Of a DNA stretch of 64,000 nucleotides, positions 44,217 through 54,053 are shown one piece after another. The DNA lies in the NCBI GenBank assembly GCA_027021705.1, contig JALUTT010000152.1, forward strand, positions 22,109 to 86,108. The letters run 5' to 3'. Position 1 is the stretch's first letter. Each line of letters begins with the position of its first letter. Under the pieces are notes generated by a model that made no database searches, had not been told where the DNA came from, and worked only from the letters and a program-made list of their open reading frames with translations. This DNA comes from Anaerolineae bacterium (lineage in GTDB: Bacteria; Chloroflexota; Anaerolineae; S140-20). The position numbers and the translations under genes are program-made.

Positions 44217-45348
44217 GGAGATCCTGCGCTACTCCCGCCATCTGCTCATCCCTGAGGTAGGGCTGGAGGGGCAGCGCAAGTTGAAGGCGGCTTCTGTGCT
44301 GGTAGTGGGCACGGGGGGGTTGGGCTCTCCCGTCGCCCTCTACCTGGCCGCGGCCGGCGTCGGTCACATTGGCCTGGTGGACTACGACGTGGTGGATGCG
44401 TCCAACCTGCAGCGGCAGGTGATCCACGGTACCTCCCGTCTGGGTGACCTGAAGGTCGAATCGGCCCGGGACCGGCTGCTGGACCTCAATCCCGACATCG
44501 AGGTGGAGATCTACAACGAGGTCCTCACCTCGGAGAACGCGATGCGCATCGCCGAGGGGTACGACATCATCCTTGACGGCACCGACAACTTTCCCACCCG
44601 TTACCTGGTGAACGACCTCTGTGTGCTGACGGGCAAGCCCAACGTCTACGGGTCTATCTTCCGCTTTGAAGGGCAGGTCTCCATCTTCGACGCCCGGCGG
44701 GGTCCTTGCTACCGGTGTCTCTTCCCCGAGCCTCCGCCGCCGGGCATGGTTCCCTCCTGCGCCGAGGGAGGGGTGTTGGGGGTGCTGCCGGGGACCATCG
44801 GGACCCTCCAGGCTACCGAGGCCCTCAAGCTCATCCTGGGCATTGGGACGCCGCTCATTGGGCGGCTCTTGCTCTACGATGCCCTCGATATGTCCTTCGA
44901 GTTCGTCCAGTTGCGCAAGAACCCCCACTGCAAGGTCTGCGGTCCCAACCCCGAGGTGACGGAGCTGATTGACTACGAGGCCTTCTGCGGGATGCCGGCC
45001 CACGACCGGGACGAGGGGACGGCCGGCGCGGGGTGGGACATCGAGCCTCGGGAGCTGGCCGAGCGGCTCAAGCGCGGCGACCGCATCCGGCTGATTGACG
45101 TGCGAGAGCCCCACGAGTTGAAGATCTCCCGGCTGGAGGGTGCGGAGCTGATCCCGCTGGGGCAGTTGGCTGCTCGCCTCTCAGAGCTGGACAGCGCCGA
45201 GGAGATCGTCCTCTTCTGCCGGTCGGGCTCCCGCTCGGCCCGGGCGCTGGAGCTCCTGGTCAGCGCCGGCTTCCGCAAGGTGAAGAACCTCAAGGGCGGG
45301 CTGAACGCCTGGGCCCGCGAAGTGGACCCCAATGTGCCGGTTTACTGA
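44188..45348 (+). CDS. moeB: MoeB/MoeZ adenylyltransferase with rhodanese domain
   Basis: RYSRHL, GTGGLG, SNLQRQ, PCYRC and SCAEGGVLG motifs; rhodanese DVRE..CRSGSRS. Confidence 0.92.
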   Translation: MAALPELSREEILRYSRHLLIPEVGLEGQRKLKAASVLVVGTGGLGSPVALYLAAAGVGHIGLVDYDVVDASNLQRQVIHGTSRLGDLKVESARDRLLDLNPDIEVEIYNEVLTSENAMRIAEGYDIILDGTDNFPTRYLVNDLCVLTGKPNVYGSIFRFEGQVSIFDARRGPCYRCLFPEPPPPGMVPSCAEGGVLGVLPGTIGTLQATEALKLILGIGTPLIGRLLLYDALDMSFEFVQLRKNPHCKVCGPNPEVTELIDYEAFCGMPAHDRDEGTAGAGWDIEPRELAERLKRGDRIRLIDVREPHELKISRLEGAELIPLGQLAARLSELDSAEEIVLFCRSGSRSARALELLVSAGFRKVKNLKGGLNAWAREVDPNVPVY

Positions 45349-45377
45349 CGAGCGGGCGAGAAGCCCTGGATGCCTAT

Positions 45378-45402
45378 GGGACGGCCTTCGGGCCGTCCCT
45401 TT
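45378..45402 (+). terminator. Intrinsic terminator
   Basis: GGGACGGCC-TTCG-GGCCGTCCC followed by TTT. Confidence 0.7.
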
Positions 45403-45448
45403 GCCTTCTTGCCCGGCAGGCTTCTGAACCCCTATGGGACGGGCCGGC

Positions 45449-45481
45449 CATTCGTGCATTTGTGACAATTTATGGACGGCC
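45449..45481. repeat. Fragment of the CACGAAT/ATTCGTG MITE-like family
   Basis: CATTCGTGCATTTGTGACAATTTATGGACGGCC resembles 53777-53809. Confidence 0.6.
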
Positions 45482-45602
45482 AATAAGACGGCCAATAACC
45501 GCCGTTTTTGTGGTACAATGCTTGGTGAGCGCCGCACCCCAGGGACGGCGTCGTCATTCCCAAGAAGCCATTCCAAGAGGTCGTCCAATCAAGGAGAGGA
45601 TT

Positions 45603-46091
45603 ATGGCGAAGTGTAGCAATTGCGGAGCGAATGTGTCCAACCGCGACCGGGTCTGCTCCTACTGTGGCGCACGAAACCCGGAATTCCAACCGCCGATGGA
45701 CGAGGTCAACGTGTTACTCGAGCAAGGCATGGAGGCCTATCGGCAGGCGCGGTATGCCCAAGCGATCGAGCATTTCCGCCAAGCCATTGCCCAAGACCCT
45801 CAGGTGTTCAACGCCTATTTCTACCTAGCAGCGAGTTTGAGCGCGTTGGGACGGGAGAGAGAGGCGATTGAAGCGATGAAGAAAGCCCAGAAGATCCGCC
45901 CGGGCAGTTCGGTCACCTATTACAATCTGGCGCTGCTGTACAAGCGGACGGGACGGGCCAGGGAAGCGCGAAAGTGCCTGCAGGATGCGCTGAGAAGGGT
46001 GGACTCCGATGTGGCCTTGGAGAGCCCGGAGAAGATGAGGCAGAGGATCGAAAGGGAGTTGAGAGACCTCGATCGGCGTGGTGGCCGATGA
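45603..46091 (+). CDS. Zinc-ribbon plus TPR protein
   Basis: CSNCG..CSYCG then TPR helices; RBS AAGGAGAGG. Confidence 0.8.
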   Translation: MAKCSNCGANVSNRDRVCSYCGARNPEFQPPMDEVNVLLEQGMEAYRQARYAQAIEHFRQAIAQDPQVFNAYFYLAASLSALGREREAIEAMKKAQKIRPGSSVTYYNLALLYKRTGRAREARKCLQDALRRVDSDVALESPEKMRQRIERELRDLDRRGGR

Positions 46092-46128
46092 CCCGCCGGC
46101 TCTGAGGGCAGCGTCGCTGGAGTTGGAG

Positions 46129-47028
46129 ATGAACGTCCTTCTGCTGTTGGTCCTGGGCACCCTGTGGGGAGCCTCGTACCTCTTCATCAAGGTCACCGTG
46201 GCCGAGGTGCCGGCGTTGACCCTGGTCGCCGGGCGGCTGACGCTGGCCGCCCTTGTGATGGGGGCGGTGCTGCGCCTCCGGGGGCTCTCGATGCCCCGGA
46301 CACGACGGCTGTGGAGGGTCTACACCGTGCTGGCCCTTCTGAACGCTGCCATCCCCTATTCCCTCATCTCCTGGGGCGAGCAGTACATCCCCAGCGGGTT
46401 AGCCGCCCTTCTGCAGGCGACGACGCCCATCTTCACCGTGCTCCTGGCCCAGATGGTCGCCGCCGATGAAGGCGTCACGCCGGCCAAGGTGGCTGGCGTG
46501 GTCATCGGCTTCGTGGGGGTGGGCCTCCTGATGGTGCCCGACCTGCGGCAGGGGGTCCGGGCCAGCCTGCTGGGCCAGTTGGCCATCGTTGGCTCCTCCC
46601 TCTGCTACGCCGGCGCTGCCCTCTACGCCCGCAGCCGGTTGCGGGGACAGCCCCCTCTCCTCACGGCGATGGGCCAGCTCACAATGGGCGTCGCCCTGAT
46701 GCTCCCCGCCAGCCTGCTCTTGGACCGCCCCTTCGCTCTCTCCCCCTCCCTCCCGGCCCTGGGGGCCTGGGCGAGCCTGAGCTTGCTGGGGACCGTGGTG
46801 GCCTACATCCTCTACTTCACCCTCATCGAGCGGACCAGCGCCACCTTCGCCACGATGGTGACCTACATCATCCCGGTCAACGGACTGCTGCTGGGGGCGC
46901 TGGTGCTGAAGGAGCGGCTGGACGCCACGCTGGTGGGCAGCCTGGCCCTCATCCTCGTGGGGGTGTTGCTGGTGAACGAGAGTTGGCGGCTCGTCTGGCA
47001 ACCCTCTGATCGGGCGGCGGCACGGTGA
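46129..47028 (+). CDS. EamA/DMT family transporter
   Basis: LWGASYLFIK, GEQYIPSGLAA and VTYIIPV motifs; about 10 TM segments. Confidence 0.9.
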   Translation: MNVLLLLVLGTLWGASYLFIKVTVAEVPALTLVAGRLTLAALVMGAVLRLRGLSMPRTRRLWRVYTVLALLNAAIPYSLISWGEQYIPSGLAALLQATTPIFTVLLAQMVAADEGVTPAKVAGVVIGFVGVGLLMVPDLRQGVRASLLGQLAIVGSSLCYAGAALYARSRLRGQPPLLTAMGQLTMGVALMLPASLLLDRPFALSPSLPALGAWASLSLLGTVVAYILYFTLIERTSATFATMVTYIIPVNGLLLGALVLKERLDATLVGSLALILVGVLLVNESWRLVWQPSDRAAAR

Positions 47029-47067
47029 GGTTGCTCCGACCCCTTCGCCGCTCGCCCGGCGATCCGC

Positions 47068-47871
47068 CTACCAGGGCCGAGCGACGACCCCCAACCCAAA
47101 GCGAAGCCCCATCAGACCGACGAAGAGGAGTGTGACCAGCCCGACGGCCAGCCAGTCCCGGCCCGTGAAGCGGATCTCCCGCCAGACGGTCCGAGGGCGT
47201 GGGGAGCCGAAGCCCCGGGCGGCCAGGGCCATCGCCAGGGCGTCGCTGAGTCGCAGGGCGGCGATGATGACGGCGACCAGGACGGGCAGGTAGGCCCGCG
47301 CCCGCTGGAGGAAGTTCCGGGCCTCGGGCTGCCAGCCTCGGGCCTGCTGGGCCTCCCGGATGCTGACGAAGAGGCCGTAGCCTGTGGGCAGGTAGCGCAG
47401 GGCCAGGCTAAAGGTCAGGCCCCAGGTGTAGGGCAACCCCAGGCGGACGAGCCCCTGCACCAGTCGGCCCTGGTCCGTCGTCAGGAGCAAGCCGGTGGTG
47501 ACGACGGCCAGGACATTGGCCCGCAGGGCGAAGCTGATCCCCTCCAGGATTCCCCCCACCGTCAGCCGCAGCGGTCCCAGGGCCAGCAAGGGGGCTCCCC
47601 GGGCGGCCGGGCCGAAGCTGGCCGAGAAGAAGGGCTGCAGGAGGAGGATGGCCAAGGTCAGCGGGGCCATCCGGGCCCAGACCCAGCGCAGCCGGGCCAC
47701 CGGGACCTGGGCGGAGAGGAGGATCAGGTGCAGGGCGATCAGCAGGCCGGCCAGCAGGAGCAGGTGGGGGATCAGCAGCGCGGCCAGGGTGATCAGCAGC
47801 ACCCCCCAGAGCTTCGTCCGGGGGTCCAGCCGATGTAGCCAGGATGAGCGGGGGACGTAGAGGTCGAACAT
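47068..47871 (-). CDS. ecfT: ECF transporter T component
   Basis: LHRLDPRTKL, ALRYLP, AQQARG and LAARGF motifs. Confidence 0.9.
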   Translation of the reverse strand: MFDLYVPRSSWLHRLDPRTKLWGVLLITLAALLIPHLLLLAGLLIALHLILLSAQVPVARLRWVWARMAPLTLAILLLQPFFSASFGPAARGAPLLALGPLRLTVGGILEGISFALRANVLAVVTTGLLLTTDQGRLVQGLVRLGLPYTWGLTFSLALRYLPTGYGLFVSIREAQQARGWQPEARNFLQRARAYLPVLVAVIIAALRLSDALAMALAARGFGSPRPRTVWREIRFTGRDWLAVGLVTLLFVGLMGLRFGLGVVARPW

Positions 47872-47877
47872 CGCGCG

Positions 47878-48735
47878 TCAGTGGGCCACCGGAGCGGCCG
47901 ATTGCCGGCTTCCCAGGCGTTGGAGGAACTCCTGGCAGAAGTCGTCCACGGTCAGACTATCCCCGCGCATTCCCTGGGGGCGGAGGGTCTGGGCGAGGCG
48001 GGTGATGGGCGGGGGTTCCAGGCCGGCTTCCTGCAACACCTCCCGCCGGGTCAGGACTTGCCGGGGAGGGCCGTCGGCCACCACCCGGCCCGCCTGGAGC
48101 ACGACCATCCGCTGGGCCAGGGGGAGCAGGTCGGCCAGGTTGTGGGTGACGACGAGGAGGGTGCGGCCCTGCCGGTGCATTTCGTGTAGCCATCCAAGGG
48201 TCTCTTCGGTGGCCCGCCGGTCCAGGCCGACGGTCGGCTCATCCAGCACCAGGATGGGCGGGTCCATCGCGGCCACCGAGGCCAGCGTCACCCGGCGGCG
48301 CAGGCCGTAGCTGAGCACCGAGGGGGGGTGATCGGCCAGGGCGGTCAGGCCGAAGCGGGCCAGGGCGGCCTCGACCCGCTCCTCGACTTCGGCCGGGGGG
48401 AGCCCCAGGTTGTGGGGGCCGAAGGCGACCTCCTGACGGACGGTGGGGCTGAAGATCTGCCGCTCTGGGCGTTGGAAGAGAAAGCCCACCCAGTGGGCCA
48501 GCTCGCCCACCGAGCGGGTGGCCGTCTCCTGGCCGTAGACGAGGACGCGGCCCTGGCGGGGGCGCAGCAGCCCGATGAAGTGCTTGACCAGCGTCGTCTT
48601 GCCGGAGCCGTTGGCCCCGGCCAGGATGAGGAACTGGCCGACGGGCACCTCCAGGTCTACGCCTCGTAGCACCGGGGGATCGTCGTCGTAGCCGAACCAG
48701 AGGGCTTGGGCCTGGAGGGCTGGGGGGTCAGCCAT
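47878..48735 (-). CDS. ECF transporter ATPase
   Basis: GANGSGKTT, EVAFGP, LSYG and LDEPT motifs. Confidence 0.9.
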   Translation of the reverse strand: MADPPALQAQALWFGYDDDPPVLRGVDLEVPVGQFLILAGANGSGKTTLVKHFIGLLRPRQGRVLVYGQETATRSVGELAHWVGFLFQRPERQIFSPTVRQEVAFGPHNLGLPPAEVEERVEAALARFGLTALADHPPSVLSYGLRRRVTLASVAAMDPPILVLDEPTVGLDRRATEETLGWLHEMHRQGRTLLVVTHNLADLLPLAQRMVVLQAGRVVADGPPRQVLTRREVLQEAGLEPPPITRLAQTLRPQGMRGDSLTVDDFCQEFLQRLGSRQSAAPVAH

Positions 48736-49627
48736 CGCCAGCGGCCCCTTGCAGCAGTGGGCTCAGGACGGCGTGGGCCTCCCGAGGGGTGAGGAAGTCC
48801 AGAGGGACCTCCAGGGCGCGGCTCAGGCGGTCGGCCAGGTGGGCCATCTGGGGGGAGGCGACGCCGGCCTCCCGCAGCGCCTCTGTCTGGCGGAAGAGCC
48901 AGCGGGGAGGGCCGTCCAGGGCGATGCGGCCCTGGTGGAGGACGACGACACGGTCGGCGAAGGCGGCGATCACGTCGGGGTCGCTCTCGACCATCACGAT
49001 GGTGGTGGGGGCGGCCCGGTCGTGGGGCCCGCGCTCGCGGAGGGCCTTCAGGGCCTGAATCACCTCCCGGCGTCCCAGGGGGTCCAGCCCGCTGATGGGC
49101 TCGTCGAGCACCAGGATGGCGGGGCGCATGGCCAGGACGACGGCCAGGGCCAGGCGGCGCTGCTCCCCACCAGAGAGGGTGCTGGGAGGGCGATGTCGGT
49201 GGGCCAGCAGGCCGACGGTCGCCAGCGCTTCCTCGACCCGGCGACCGATCTCGGCCGGGGGCACCCCTTGGGCCTCCAGCCCCCAGGCGACCTCTTCCTC
49301 AACGCTCATGGTGAAGAGCTGGTTCTCGACCTCCTGGAAGGTGATGCCCACGACGTCGGCCAGGGCCGGGGGAGGGCTGTGGCGCACGTCCCGACCGGCC
49401 ACCCAGACCTCTCCCTCCAGCCATCCCCCGGTCAGATGGGGGGCCAGGCCGGCCAGGATGCGGCAGAGGGTGGTCTTGCCCACCCCACTGGCCCCCATCA
49501 CCCCTAGGAAGGTGCCGGCCTCCACCGTCAGGTCCAGCCCGTCCAGCAGCCAGGTCGCCGGGGTGTCCGGCGAGAGGGGCGGGTAGGCGAAGCGGAGCCC
49601 TTGCAGTCGGATGACGATGTCGGTCAC
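48728..49627 (-). CDS. ECF transporter ATPase
   Basis: GASGVGKTT, LSGGEQRR and LDEP motifs. Confidence 0.9.
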   Translation of the reverse strand: MTDIVIRLQGLRFAYPPLSPDTPATWLLDGLDLTVEAGTFLGVMGASGVGKTTLCRILAGLAPHLTGGWLEGEVWVAGRDVRHSPPPALADVVGITFQEVENQLFTMSVEEEVAWGLEAQGVPPAEIGRRVEEALATVGLLAHRHRPPSTLSGGEQRRLALAVVLAMRPAILVLDEPISGLDPLGRREVIQALKALRERGPHDRAAPTTIVMVESDPDVIAAFADRVVVLHQGRIALDGPPRWLFRQTEALREAGVASPQMAHLADRLSRALEVPLDFLTPREAHAVLSPLLQGAAGDG

Positions 49628-49700
49628 GGCGATCTCGATCTCCCTCCGGGTCCTTCGGGATTGCCGCGCCCATTGCGGGCGCCGGGCGTGGAGGGCGGGG

Positions 49701-50249
49701 CTATGAGCCCTCTCCCGGCCCCTGGGGCGGGCGGAACTGGCCGAAGCGGACCAGCGGCGGGTAGGCCTCCCGGACGGCCAGGTAGAGGGGGATGCCGATG
49801 ACGGCTCCGCTGAGGGCCTGGATGGTGTTGGGGATGACCTCTGTCGCGGCCATGGCGAAGCCCATCAAGATGGTGCCGGCGATCAGGTAGCCGGGGACGA
49901 GGATGAGCCCGCCGGCGATGGTGGCGGCGATGAGGCCGACCAGACCGGGGCGGCGGCGGGCGATCTGGGCGGCAACCCAGGCCTGAGCGCCGTGGATCAG
50001 CAGGCTGTAGATGGCCCACTGGCTGTAGCCGGAGGTCAGGTCGGCCAGGGCGGTGCCCAGCCCGGCGGCGGCAGCGCCCACCAGGGGGCCGAAGGCGAAA
50101 GCGGTGAAGTAGACGCCGGCGTCGCCCAGGTGGATGTAGCCCTTGACAGGCGTGGGGATCTGGACCAGACGGGTCATCAGGTAGACGATGACCGCCATCA
50201 CGGCGATCAGCGCCAACCGGCGGGGGTCGGTCTTTCGGTGCTCCATCAT
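49701..50249 (-). CDS. ECF transporter S component (HmpT/PdxU-like, substrate uncertain)
   Basis: QIPTP..GYIHLGD..FGP..GTALADL..GY..WA pattern. Confidence 0.85.
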   Translation of the reverse strand: MMEHRKTDPRRLALIAVMAVIVYLMTRLVQIPTPVKGYIHLGDAGVYFTAFAFGPLVGAAAAGLGTALADLTSGYSQWAIYSLLIHGAQAWVAAQIARRRPGLVGLIAATIAGGLILVPGYLIAGTILMGFAMAATEVIPNTIQALSGAVIGIPLYLAVREAYPPLVRFGQFRPPQGPGEGS

Positions 50250-50315
50250 CTGCCTCCTTATGAGGGGTGGAGATTTCGCGCCCGTATTCTACCACAACCG
50301 GACCGAAGGGCAACT

Positions 50316-50437
50316 GTATCTATTCAGCCTACCCTCCCGCAGGTCACCGGTCGAGGGCGCTTTCAGCCCCGATGGGCTATTGGAAGCACGGTTTCACGTC
50401 GGAAACGCGCCGAACCTGCGGGGGGGTGAACAGTTAC
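50316..50437. mobile_element. 122-bp MITE with 8-bp target-site duplication
   Basis: GGGCAACT at 50308-50315 and 50438-50445; terminal IRs GTATCTATTCAGCC vs GTAACTGTTCACCC (11/14); internal CCCGCAGGT/ACCTGCGGG stem. Confidence 0.82.
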
Positions 50438-50517
50438 GGGCAACTCGAAACCGATGAGAGGTGCTCGTAGGCTCCCTCGTCCCGATGCTCTGGGCGGGAA
50501 CAGGGGGAACGGCCGGC

Positions 50518-51177
50518 CTACGACCGAGACATCGGAGGAGATGGAGGGGGGCTGTCCTGCTCAACCTCCTCGGGGGAGCTGCCGGGAGGCTTTTCAGAAC
50601 GATCGGCAAACAACCTCCCAAACAGCCACCTGAACTGGAACAGGAGAGGAATGGCGAGGACCCCCAAGCCTACCAGGAGGGTAGGGGAGGCGGCGATGAG
50701 GAGGCCAAGGGCGAAGAGGAGGCAAGGGGGCAGGACACTGATGAAGATCAGCTTTATGCCCAGATTGAGGTCGGATGGCGGTGCCGAGCGGCTGATGAGT
50801 GCGTAAACGACGATCGCGATTCCTATCAGAAAGGAGAACGGGGCGACTAGGAGGCTGATACCGAACAGAGAACAGGCTATGCCGGCCACCGGCATATAGA
50901 TGAGAGGGGCGATCAGGAACAAGGCGATGGTAGAGATGTAGCCGACCCCTGCGATGGGGTGGAACCGGAAGGCGATGAGCAGGGCAACCCCGTTCACGAT
51001 CCAGGGCAGGAGCCGGATGTAGAGGTGGATCCGGTCGGGGTTGGAGGACTGGTCGGCGATCGAGGTGAGCCGGCTGGTCAGAGCCTGCAGGACAATGTAG
51101 GCGGCGAGAAAAGTGAGGCCGCCGATATAGAACTTGAATTGCGCCTTTGCAAAATTGTTGGAGGAGCCTTTGGTCAT
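50518..51177 (-). CDS. Hypothetical membrane protein
   Basis: Several TM segments; ATG after AAGGAG. Confidence 0.6.
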   Translation of the reverse strand: MTKGSSNNFAKAQFKFYIGGLTFLAAYIVLQALTSRLTSIADQSSNPDRIHLYIRLLPWIVNGVALLIAFRFHPIAGVGYISTIALFLIAPLIYMPVAGIACSLFGISLLVAPFSFLIGIAIVVYALISRSAPPSDLNLGIKLIFISVLPPCLLFALGLLIAASPTLLVGLGVLAIPLLFQFRWLFGRLFADRSEKPPGSSPEEVEQDSPPPSPPMSRS

Positions 51178-51296
51178 AGGGAGCTCCTTGAACGGCGACC
51201 CCGGAGCACGTCGCCGACATCTCCATCTGGAGCTCATCCCGGCTTCCCCTCAAGACTTTGGGGATGCGCCCGAGCATCGGCGGCCCCCTGGACCGG

Positions 51297-52223
51297 TTAT
51301 CCCTGGGCCAAGATCGCTTTCAGGACCTTCTTGTCCACCTGGAGCAGGCCCACAGCCGGGAGGCGCGTGGTCAGCAGACGCCAGTTGGCCTCTTCGGCGA
51401 AGATTTCTTTGAAAAGAGAAAGGGCTTCGTCCACCCTGCCCAGGTTGACCAGGGAGACGGCGTGCCAGTACTTCATCTCCAAGTTGTCGGGGGCCAGGGC
51501 TTCGGCGGCGCTGTAGGCTCGGAGGGCTCCTTCCACATCGTTCCGCTCCATCGCCTGGTCGCCCTGGTTCATGTGCTCGTAGGCCCGGAAGAGCCGGAGC
51601 AGTCGCTTGAGCTCCCGGACGGGGTCCGGGTGATCCTCCACCCGCAGGTCTATGGCCCTGTCCTCCCACACCTTGCCCGTTGGCTCTCCCCGCACGACCA
51701 GCAGGGCCGCCGATTGCCGCCCCCGGATGTCGCCGCCGGCCGCCTCTCCTGCTTCCAGGGCCGCGACCAGCCGCTCGGCCAGCGGCCCCTCGCTGGTCTC
51801 GAAGGCCTCGGCCATCGCCGGCCAGACCTGGCTGTTCAGCATTAGGTTGGCCTGGACGGCGAAGCCGTCTCCCACGTAGTGGCCGGCTTCGGGGATGCAG
51901 CGGGAGCCGGTGTGGACCGCCACGTGGCCCTGGGCATCCACGATGGCCACCTGTCGGACATCTCGCCCCTCGTCGGCTTCGATCAGCGCTTCCAGGACCT
52001 GAGGGGCGGTCTGCCCCTCGCGGAGCATCGCCAGCCCCTGGGGGCCGAAGGCGACGTTCACGAAGGATTGGGTGGCGATGGCCCCGACGCCGGCCTCGGC
52101 CCAGGGGACGATGGAGCCGACGGAGAACCAGTGGGATTGGACGGCGACCCCCATCTCGCCGCTCTCGGGGTCACGGGCGACGATGGAGTAGGTGTGAACG
52201 GGCCTGTTGACGGGAGGGAACAT
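51297..52223 (-). CDS. DUF1028 Ntn-hydrolase-like protein with TPR
   Basis: HTYSIVARD..GVAVQS, GAIATQ, GGDIRGRQSAA and DLRVEDHPDPV motifs. Confidence 0.88.
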   Translation of the reverse strand: MFPPVNRPVHTYSIVARDPESGEMGVAVQSHWFSVGSIVPWAEAGVGAIATQSFVNVAFGPQGLAMLREGQTAPQVLEALIEADEGRDVRQVAIVDAQGHVAVHTGSRCIPEAGHYVGDGFAVQANLMLNSQVWPAMAEAFETSEGPLAERLVAALEAGEAAGGDIRGRQSAALLVVRGEPTGKVWEDRAIDLRVEDHPDPVRELKRLLRLFRAYEHMNQGDQAMERNDVEGALRAYSAAEALAPDNLEMKYWHAVSLVNLGRVDEALSLFKEIFAEEANWRLLTTRLPAVGLLQVDKKVLKAILAQG

Positions 52224-52246
52224 CGCACCTTTCCTCTACGGCAGGT

Positions 52247-53596
52247 CTACGGCAGGTGTCGCCAACTGCTCCCCTCCGGCCCCAGCTCCCACACGCCTCC
52301 GTCCAAGGCCCGGATGTAGGTGAGGTTGTACTTGGGCCGTGAGGTGCGCTGAATGGCCATTGGATAGCCCCACTCCGGGTCCACGGCCCAGCCCAGCCGG
52401 TCGCGGACGCCGGGCCGTTCGCGCCAAACGAGGCCAAAGCCTCGCACGGGCTGGTAGAGGCCCGGCGGCGGTACGATGCTAGGGTCGGATTCCGGCTCCC
52501 CTTCGTCCCACTCGTCCACGTAGGCCACCCAGGCGGGCTGCTGTCCATCGTCGAAGAGGACGTAGATGCGGTCCTCCGCCTTGCTCCAGAGCATCACGCC
52601 GCGCTCGAAGTGTTCCTCGGCCCCATCGGTCTGGAGGGGATCGCTGCGGGGGCACTCGTCGGGGGCGGGGGTGAAGAACCAGGTGCTGGGACAGCGCAGC
52701 GGGATGGTGAGGGTGGCCTGGGCCTGGCGCTCGGCAGCGTCGAAGACGAAGAGGACGAACTGCTCCTGGTTGCGGGCTTCGGTAGGGATGGTGTAGGACA
52801 TGGAGCCGGTCACGCTGACCTCCCAGGAGTTGCCCAGTTGACCGGTGGGCATCAGGTGGTAGAGGACGGCCCGAACGCCCCCGCTGGACTCCCACTCCAG
52901 GGTGATGGTGTCGCCTGGATCGGCTTCGGTCACGTCGGCGCGGAAGTAGGCGATGGTCGGGGGTTCGCCGGGCGGCGGGGTGGGGGTGGGGGTTGCGGTG
53001 GGCTCCGGCGCGGCGACGACCTGGATGCGGACGAACATCCGGGTGCCGAAGCGCTGGCCGGTGGGGGTCTGCATCTGCCAGTAGCCGGTGTAGGTGCCCG
53101 GCTCGTCGGGGGCGACCAGGGCGACGCTGAGGTCCACGGTGGACCCGGCGGCGGTGGAGGGCACCGAGACGCTGGCCGGTCCTCCCATCCGGTCGCCGGC
53201 GTCGAAGACCCAGGTGAAGCCTTCATCCCAGTCGCAGGTGCCGCTGTTGCGCACCCGCCAGACCTTGACGAAGGAGGTGCCGGGGGCCAGTTCGGTGTCG
53301 TCGGGGATGGTGATGTCGGCGACGAAGGCGGCGTCGTAGGTGCAGCCGGGGGTGGCGGTGGCCTGGGCGATGGCTGTGGACGGGGGCTGCGTCGCCGGGC
53401 TCGTCGCCGGGGCCGCCGGTGGCGAAGGCGTCCCGGGTGGGCTGGCTGCCGGAGGGGTTCCTGCCAGCGCCGTCAGGGTGGCCTGGACGGCGGCCTCGAA
53501 GGTGGCGGTGGCGTCACCCCGGCGGGGGGTGGAGATGGTGCAGGCCATCGCCGGCACCAGGAAAAACGCGAGCAGGAGGGGCCATCGTTTTCTCAT
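52247..53596 (-). CDS. Lipoprotein with NBR1-Ig-like domain
   Basis: Lipobox AMAC; FVADITIPD..FVKVWRVRNSGTCDW..YTGYWQM; C-terminal PVRGFGLVW..LGWA. Confidence 0.78.
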   Translation of the reverse strand: MRKRWPLLLAFFLVPAMACTISTPRRGDATATFEAAVQATLTALAGTPPAASPPGTPSPPAAPATSPATQPPSTAIAQATATPGCTYDAAFVADITIPDDTELAPGTSFVKVWRVRNSGTCDWDEGFTWVFDAGDRMGGPASVSVPSTAAGSTVDLSVALVAPDEPGTYTGYWQMQTPTGQRFGTRMFVRIQVVAAPEPTATPTPTPPPGEPPTIAYFRADVTEADPGDTITLEWESSGGVRAVLYHLMPTGQLGNSWEVSVTGSMSYTIPTEARNQEQFVLFVFDAAERQAQATLTIPLRCPSTWFFTPAPDECPRSDPLQTDGAEEHFERGVMLWSKAEDRIYVLFDDGQQPAWVAYVDEWDEGEPESDPSIVPPPGLYQPVRGFGLVWRERPGVRDRLGWAVDPEWGYPMAIQRTSRPKYNLTYIRALDGGVWELGPEGSSWRHLP

Positions 53597-53725
53597 CGTC
53601 GTTGTCTCCTCAGGAGCAACCCTTGCCTGGCGGGAGGCCATCGGCGGGATGGGAAGGAGAGCGTTGTCCTGTCTACGCTATTATACCCTAAACTTTCTGT
53701 ACTTGCCAGGCGTCGGGGAGCGAGG

Positions 53726-53849
53726 GAGACTAGCCGTCCACGAATGGGGCACGAATACACGAATGAAGGACCGCCTCATTCGTGCATTGGTGAGAAATTC
53801 TGGACGGCCTGCTACGGACCACTCTCTCGCTCACTTGTGGGGAATCACC
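53726..53849. repeat. GGTGATT-ended MITE-like repeat
   Basis: Near-identical inverted copy of 31988-32098; ends GGGGAATCACC. Confidence 0.88.
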
Positions 53850-53908
53850 GAATTCCTCTGGCTTGTCTGTTTATGACAGAAATGTTATAATTTGTTCTGG
53901 AGGGTGTG

Positions 53909-54053
53909 ATGACGTGGCGTGTTGAAGTCTATCGAGACCGCAGAGGAATCAGCTCTGTCGAGGAGTTCATTGCGTTTCCTCCAGCGGGTGGCGGAGGCGC
54001 TGGATGCTCACTTGGTGATCCGCCTGGTTCCGAAGGACAAGGAAAAGGTCTAG
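53909..54053 (+). pseudogene. Internally deleted RelE/HigB(Gp49-like)-XRE toxin-antitoxin remnant
   Basis: MTWRVEVYRDRRGISSVEEFI joined out of frame to FLQRVAEALDAHLVIRLVP*; TTGTCT-17-TATAAT promoter upstream. Confidence 0.6.

Noticed and set aside
50316..50437. Vitamin riboswitch upstream of the ECF S component
   Set aside because: No TPP, FMN or cobalamin consensus seen; it lies upstream of the predicted promoter and has TIRs plus a target duplication.
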